A stretch of 63,319 nt of DNA, counting the filler, from Conidiobolus incongruus B7586 (Eukaryota), in the NCBI GenBank assembly GCA_000697335.1. It is 12 parts of 12 records of this genome, joined end to end, with 100 filler letters (N's around TTAATTAATTAA, not from the genome) between each part and the next. Parts side by side here need not be neighbours in the genome. Positions count along the whole stretch, not along the records: positions 56,255 to 57,902 come from JNEM01007051.1; positions 58,003 to 59,665 come from JNEM01007053.1; positions 59,766 to 63,319 come from JNEM01007054.1; 9 more parts are not named here. One strand, given 5' to 3'. Below are positions 56,255 to 63,319 of this stretch, in pieces. Below the pieces are notes generated by a model, which did not search any database, had not been told where the DNA came from, and saw nothing but the letters and a program-made list of their open reading frames with translations. Position 1 is the first letter of the stretch; every line of letters begins with the position of its first letter. Made by a program: the position numbers and the translations under genes.

Positions 56255-57902
56255 ATACTACCTTTAACAATAAAAGAAAAAAGGTTAATATAAAGTAAAT
56301 TATTAATATATAAAATATATTTAGTAAATAATAATTAAATTGAGTTTATTTTATTATATTTGTTATTATTATAGTTATTAGATTTAAAATACTTTAAAGG
56401 ATAATTTTTAGTAATATAATTTATATATGTATAATAATAATAAAAAACATCTATTTTGTTTTTTCAAGAAACTTTTAATTTTAGGACTTAATATTTTACC
56501 TTGTATAATATAAAAAATAATACTTTTAACTTAAGCTGAATTAATAATTATATAATCAAAATTAAAATTATATGTAAGATAAAACTTAAGAGTAATTTTT
56601 AAATTACATATATAATTATCAGAAATCTAGTTTGAATTTTGGTTAAGATATATAATATTTTTGATTAATAATATTTTACTATATATATCTTTAAATTTAT
56701 CAAGTTTGATATTAATTTAAGATATTAATAAGCTAATGATATATAGTTTAAGTTTTTCTAAAAAGATGATATTATATTGGTATTTTAAAATAAATAATAA
56801 CTAAATCTTAATATATCTTAAAATATCAATGAAATTATCAACAAAACTAGTTTATTTTATACAAATAAGTTTTAAAAAGTTTTTAAGAATATTAGTAATT
56901 AAAGTGAAAAAAAATTTTAACTGAGAAATTAATATATTAAAAGAAGTAATATATTTAATAAGTTATTCACTAGAAGATAATTTAAGATGATTTTAATTAT
57001 ATTTGTTTTACTAATCTCTTATAATATTAGTTAGATAAAAGATAGGTAATATTTACCTTATTATCTTTATTAAACTAATAATATTAGAAATAGTCTTGGA
57101 ATAATAATTCATATATATTAAATTTAAGTAGAGAGTGTTCACTATTAAATTATTTTAGATTTTTATAAAAGACCCTTTAAATAAAAGTTTTATTATAATT
57201 TTAATTGGTATATTTTTAGAGGGTAAAGGGAGAGTAATATTAGTTCACCAATTTTTAAAGTATATAAGCTTGATTTAAGTAGTTTAAACTAAAGAAAAGT
57301 TTATTTAAATTACTATCTTTATTAATAAAGTCTTTAAATATAATAAATTAAAATGGTTGAGTGGTTATATCTAAAACATTAATAAATTTTTCTAAGAGAG
57401 TTATAATTATAAGTTATAATACTAGTAAAATTAAACAAGGGTATAAGGAGTAGAGAATAAGGTAAGTAAAAAGAAATAAAAAATAAGAGAAAAAATAAAT
57501 ATATAAAATAAGAACTAATAAAATATAAAATTAAAGCAATTATTTAAAATAAATAAAAATTAAAAGGAGTATAATAATCTCACTATTACCATATACTAAA
57601 TGGTTAGTAAATTTATTAAATTAATTAAATAAAGTTAAAATATAAAGGAAGCTAAACCAAGAAAGATTAATTAATAAACTAACTATACTAGAGTCCATTT
57701 CTCCTTTTGTGTATAGAATTATATTATCTAATTATTTATAAGGGAGTAAGTTATATTGTGATTTATAAGAATTTTAAGAGTTATTATCAATCTATAATAT
57801 TAATTTTCTAAAATAATAATAATTAAATAGATAATATAAATTAAATTAAAACATATATTCTAATAATAATATTGGGAAAATAAATATTAATTAATTTTAA
57901 TA
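56255..57902 (+). pseudogene. Unidentified CpG-free, hypermutated coding relic between two gaps (probably a TE)
   Basis: No CpG seen. One + frame reads protein-like once TAA/TAG are reverted to CAA/CAG/TGG (e.g. IKDPLNKSFIIILIGIFLEGKGRVILVHQF), but no motif recognised. Confidence 0.35.
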
Positions 57903-58002
57903 NNNNNNNNNNNNNNNNNNNNNNNNNNNNNNNNNNNNNNNNNNNNTTAATTAATTAANNNNNNNNNNNNNNNNNNNNNNNNNNNNNNNNNNNNNNNNNN
58001 NN

Positions 58003-59551
58003 AAGTAAGTTATAAAATCAAAATACTTATATTTTTACTAATAATTTAATTAATATTTAATGAAATAAACTGAAATTAAATAATTAAAATCTATTATATT
58101 TATTAATAATATATATCATTAAATGATGATATTTAGCTATTAATTAGTTAAAATATAAACCTTTAAATTTTACCTAATGTAAGTTATAAATTTGTAGGTT
58201 TTTGGTAATAAGAAAATTAAAACCTAGTGTATCTATCTTTAACTTTTCTAACTTCTTTAAATTTATAAGGTATAGAATCAACTAACTTTTTATATTAAGA
58301 AAAGTTAATCTTATTTTATACTTCTTAAATATATTCCTAAAGCTGATTTAAATATTTTGCTAAAGGGAAAGCTTTAATAGCTTTTTTTAATTAATCCTAA
58401 AATATTTAATTAGGCTAAGATTAAAAGATTAAAGAAACTACTTTATAACTATTAACTTATTATTTTTAAGTTATTTGGTAGTAAAAGTTATAATATAGTA
58501 AAAGGCATTATCTTATTAAAAAATAATATTAGATTTGTTTAACTTATATTATTTAATGGTTTTTTTTCAATTTATTATTTAAAATATTTTAATATATCTT
58601 AATATTAATTCCCCCACTAACTTTATAAAGATATCTTATATCTAAAGATAACATATATCCTTAAATAATAATTAACTTACTATTATACTTTTGGGTAAAA
58701 TTAATATAATAATTATAAAATAATTCTACATCTTCTCTAAAGTATTTAACTTTTTTATTAAATCTATTAAGATATATTTTATTTCATTAGATTAAATAAC
58801 TTTACTCTAATTAGTTTTAATTTAATATTAATAGCAATATTTAAACTTTTACCTAGCTTTATAATAAGATTTCTTTAGTTAAAGATGTTTTTTCTTAAGT
58901 TGTAAATGGTATCTATGCTAACATAAAACATATATAATAATATTAGTATTAACTAATATTCTTGTATAGTTTTATAATTCCTGTTATATTTTTATAATAA
59001 TACTATATTTGTTTATATTAACCAACCTATAAATATACTTTTTATTATATTTATTTATAATCTTAACATACTTAAGTTTAAATATATTTTTATTATTATT
59101 CTTAATAACTTTAACTATAGTAAACTAGCTAACATTAGTAATTCTAATAATATTACAAGTTGATTTATCTTTTTTATAAAGTTGATTAATATATAAGTAA
59201 ATTTTTTTAAAAGGGATTTAGGTATAATAATACTAATAAAAAAAATTTAGTATATCTATAAAATATTATATAAAATAATAACTAAGAGAGAAAAAAGATA
59301 TAGCTATATATTGTTAAATATATCCCTTTATCTCAAAAACCTATAAATTTATAACTCACCTTAGTTAAATATAAATGGTTAATATTTTTGCTAATAGTTT
59401 ATTAAATATATTTAAATATATTTATTTATTATGAAATAATATATCTTAATTATATATTATAGTTTTAAATAATCTAATATATATAATTATTTTTGTTATT
59501 AATTAAAATATATATATTTTTAATTTTATAACTTACTTTTATAGGTTAGTA
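58003..59551 (-). mobile_element. Tc1-like (DD34E) transposon copy 2, hypermutated
   Basis: Colinear with 33717-35178 over about 1.45 kb; right TIR ATTTTATAACTTACTTTTATAGGTTAGTA then TA at 59552-59553; keeps GAT AAT GCC (DNA). Confidence 0.85.
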
Positions 59552-59765
59552 TATTATAATATATTAAAATATTTTAAATAATAATTAAAAAATCCATTGA
59601 ATAATATAAGTTAAATAAATTTATTATTATTTTCTAGTAAGATAATATCTCTTGTTATATTATAGNNNNNNNNNNNNNNNNNNNNNNNNNNNNNNNNNNN
59701 NNNNNNNNNTTAATTAATTAANNNNNNNNNNNNNNNNNNNNNNNNNNNNNNNNNNNNNNNNNNNN

Positions 59766-60095
59766 GACATTTCCTGATGCAGGATCACCAATTAATTGGA
59801 AAGCATTGGCATTGATATTAAGATCACTTGCTCCACATCCACTACAAATATCAGCTACATTGACAATGACTGATTTGTTGTTATCAGTGTTAGTGACTTC
59901 GAGACAAGCTCCACACATAGCAGAGTTTGCGAAAGTAGATGGACCAACACCAGCATAATACTGATAAGTACCAGCTGGGTATGAGCAAGAGCCATAACCA
60001 TCAATCCCATTTTCAAAATAACCACGGCCAGTTCCAGTAGCTTGACTGAAGATATGAGAAGAAAGGAAAGAAGCAATTAAAATTAAGTTTTGCAT
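59766..60095 (-). CDS. Expansin-like protein, 5' part; 3' end in gap
   Basis: Signal peptide MQNLILIASFLSSHIFS, GSCSY, SAMCGACLEV, VNVADIC; identical to 62904-63233. Confidence 0.9.
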
Positions 60096-61549
60096 ATTGG
60101 TATAAATTGAATTAAATTAAATTATTATATTGATGATGAATATTTACCAATCTTCTATTTATATACTCCCAATTGAGCATTTTAATTTTACTCGAATTAT
60201 TTCATTTACTCATAATTAGACTGTGCAATATTAATCTTGTAATTATAATATTTAGATATAAATATACGTCAGATTTTATTATTATAATCATTTGTAATTA
60301 TACAACTAATATGAAATAAATATCTATTAATAGGATTCAATGTTACATATTGGATTAAATTATAACATTTATAACATATTTTGATCCAATTCCCAATTTT
60401 GATTAATCAAATTGACTATTAATAGCATATTCAAACTAAATTTAGCATTATCAAAAAATTAAAATGAATTTTCTCCAATTATACATTTTAAACATTATGA
60501 TTAGAATTAATAAAATATTGTGGTTGATATTACTGGTAAATCTAACTTCTTTCGATTACCAGTATCTTGTTTTTAAAACATTACAATAAATTTTACAGTA
60601 TAATATGCAAATCATCTCAAAAATAATTTTATTTGGTTACTTCTGATTTTTCAATTCTTACTCTATTACGGAAAAATGTTTTAATCAAGTTATATTAGTT
60701 GACTAATAATAGATATGGCTGAACTCTTTCAGTTATATTAGTAATCACTCAACATATTGAGATTATTTAATTATATTTTTTTTGTATTAAAATCTAAAGC
60801 TGATATTAAAATTCCATCCTTTTTACCAACTTTATAATTAATTTTTTATTGTTATAGAATTTTTAATGGAACCTAAAATCATTATTACAATATAACACCA
60901 ATTAGGTTTAATAAAATTCTTTTATAAAATAAAGTACACGATGTTTTTATATTTTGATATATAGTTAATAATATAAAAAATCCCAAAAAGAGCAAATTTT
61001 ATATCTATAAATATGATTAAAAATAAAGTTTAAAATATCTGTCTGATAAGTATATAATATTATTGTTAATATAAAAACTTCAAAATTGGTCAATATTAGC
61101 TGAATTGTGATATTATTATTTAAAAGTAATTCTTATGATTTAATCATAAAATATTAGTCTTGCAATTAGTATAATAAAGATAATATTAATTTATATAGTA
61201 AAATATAGTTATCAAAATTAAATTTTATAGCTTCCCAATATATATCATTATTATATTTTTTCACTTTACTTTTTGAGATTTTAAAAATTTAAAATTAAAA
61301 AGTAACATTATAATTGAATAATATAAATTATTATTAGGAAATTAAAATAATATTCTTTTATTTTTTATAATTAAAACAAAATTTAATAGATTCAATAATT
61401 AAGAAAAATATTATTTTAATTAATATATATAATTATTAAAAAATTAAGTAATCTTTATTGTTCAATAATTAAAATATAAATAGATAAAAGATTTTATAAT
61501 TTTAATTCAAATTGTATTATATGTAAAATAGTAATTATTACACATATTT

Positions 61550-61949
61550 TGTTAAGAGACTAGTTCTCTAAATTCTTATATACACTTTCATATAATCCAA
61601 TTAACTATAAATTATATGATTAATTTATACTTATGTAGTTAAATTAATTGTATAAATAGTATTAATTTATCTAATAAACTAGGTTCCTCTTTTTTTCCTC
61701 TCAATTCTTACTATTTTTACTTTTACACTATTTCTAAGATTGAGACTATATTCTGTCGATATTGTAGGATATTGGCACTACCTAATATAAATCTTAATAT
61801 ATCGGTGACTCACCCTAGTTCGAAGCTTAATTAAACTTTATTTACACTTGCACGCTACAGCCACGTTATATTACCACGTTCTGCGCCACACTACTTTTAT
61901 ATTAAGTCTTTCTCTGCACTATATTAGTTTAACTACCACTACGCTTACA
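61550..61949 (+). mobile_element. Solo LTR (400 bp) of the 43249-48964 Gypsy family
   Basis: TGTTAAGAG...CTTACA termini with perfect 5-bp TSD TATTT on both sides; aligns to both LTRs; keeps 8 CpGs. Confidence 0.95.
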
Positions 61950-62903
61950 TATTTATTAATTGATAGTAAATAAAATATTTGTCAAGTTATTGGCTAAAAA
62001 TAGAGTTAATCAACTATTTCACTATTTTACTACTTTATTATTTTATTATTTTATCATTTTATTATTAAGGATTTATTCATTTTGATCTTATTTGAGAAAT
62101 TGTGAGAATCTGACATTTATATAAAAAGAAGATTTATATTTCTCTGATAGAAAAGAGGAGGAATTTATTTGTTCTTTTTAGAAATAAAAGTAAAAGATAT
62201 ATTTTATTACTAGTCCTCACAAGTATGTTGTCTAATTAATTCATCCTGAAGTTAATATAATCTAACTTTATTTTGATTGTAAATTATAGAAACCTGAGGT
62301 AACTCAGAGATTAATAATATGCATAATCCCCTCTAACCAGAACTTAAAAAGTCAACAATATTTGATCCTATATTTTAATTGGATCAAATATTTTAAAAAT
62401 AAGATTTCAACTAAATGTTTTATATTATATTAGAAGATTCAATTATAGTATTTATTTTATTAATAATAATTATTAAAACAATTCATTACTTTATTGGTAA
62501 ATTTTTAGATATTATTTAAGGATATGATATTCAACTGTAACATTATGTACTTCATATATTGTAATACTATATTGAAATTTTCAAATAAAAAATGATTTAA
62601 TAAAAAGTAAATAAGGTACGAAAATAAATCAAAGTATTTTAATGAATTATATGAGAATAATAAAAAAATTAAGAATATTTATTTTGATATATTTTTGTAA
62701 TTATTAAACTATTTATAAATACAATTCTCTTGTGTACTCAAACTAAAATTTACTATTAAAACATTAAATCATTTTCAATTTTGCACAGGTCCTATTTAAT
62801 CCATTAGAGAAATTTCTTGAAATTATTGATTTTCTACTAAGTATATAATTAAAATAATTGAAAGTGTGCTATCAATATAGTATTTAATTTAATTTATACC
62901 AAT

Positions 62904-63319
62904 ATGCAAAACTTAATTTTAATTGCTTCTTTCCTTTCTTCTCATATCTTCAGTCAAGCTACTGGAACTGGCCGTGGTTATTTTGAAAATGGGATTGATG
63001 GTTATGGCTCTTGCTCATACCCAGCTGGTACTTATCAGTATTATGCTGGTGTTGGTCCATCTACTTTCGCAAACTCTGCTATGTGTGGAGCTTGTCTCGA
63101 AGTCACTAACACTGATAACAACAAATCAGTCATTGTCAATGTAGCTGATATTTGTAGTGGATGTGGAGCAAGTGATCTTAATATCAATGCCAATGCTTTC
63201 CAATTAATTGGTGATCCTGCATCAGGAAATGTCCCTATCACTTGGAAGCAAGTCAGATGTCCTAACATTAATGGAAATCTCCAATATCGCTGGCAAGCTG
63301 GAAGTAACGAATGGTGGGC
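62904..63319 (+). CDS. Expansin-like protein, runs off the window end
   Basis: ATG 62904, open to the window end (MQNLILIASF...YRWQAGSNEWW); identical to the other two segments where they overlap. Confidence 0.92.
   Translation, partial: MQNLILIASFLSSHIFSQATGTGRGYFENGIDGYGSCSYPAGTYQYYAGVGPSTFANSAMCGACLEVTNTDNNKSVIVNVADICSGCGASDLNINANAFQLIGDPASGNVPITWKQVRCPNINGNLQYRWQAGSNEWW

Overview
Very AT-rich eukaryotic DNA from a draft scaffold with N-gaps carrying an artificial TTAATTAATTAA linker. Gene content and dense 45-65 nt GT-AG introns point to a fungus, probably early-diverging (Conidiobolus/Entomophthorales-like; inference only). Positions ~2-20 kb hold a compact, intron-rich housekeeping cluster: BRE1, a bacterial-type mitochondrial AlaRS, a small SWI/SNF-anchor-like protein with a 4-nt microexon, tRNA-Val, FCF2, a poly-Asn unknown, SEC61, TOM6 and SLT11 (cut by a gap). 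Positions ~20-63 kb are repeat-rich, with a few intronless genes (DHA2 MFS transporter, LEA_2-like membrane protein, arylamine N-acetyltransferase, three identical expansin segments) and tRNA-Lys. They sit among DD34D mariners, DD34E Tc1 copies, a full-length chromoviral Ty3/Gypsy element and several solo LTRs. Two signals stand out. (1) Transposons carry near-exclusive C>T/G>A hypermutation (no CpG seen in 5.7 kb; YLDD-like motif now YFNN; Trp codons now stops), while a solo LTR of the same family and identical expansin duplicates are largely or wholly spared. (2) Both tRNA genes carry the same 34-bp element at exactly -48..-15, with an LTR-like end 10 nt before the tRNA: either a tRNA-targeting retroelement or an unrecognised Pol III upstream element. 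All analysis was by eye; no database searches were run.
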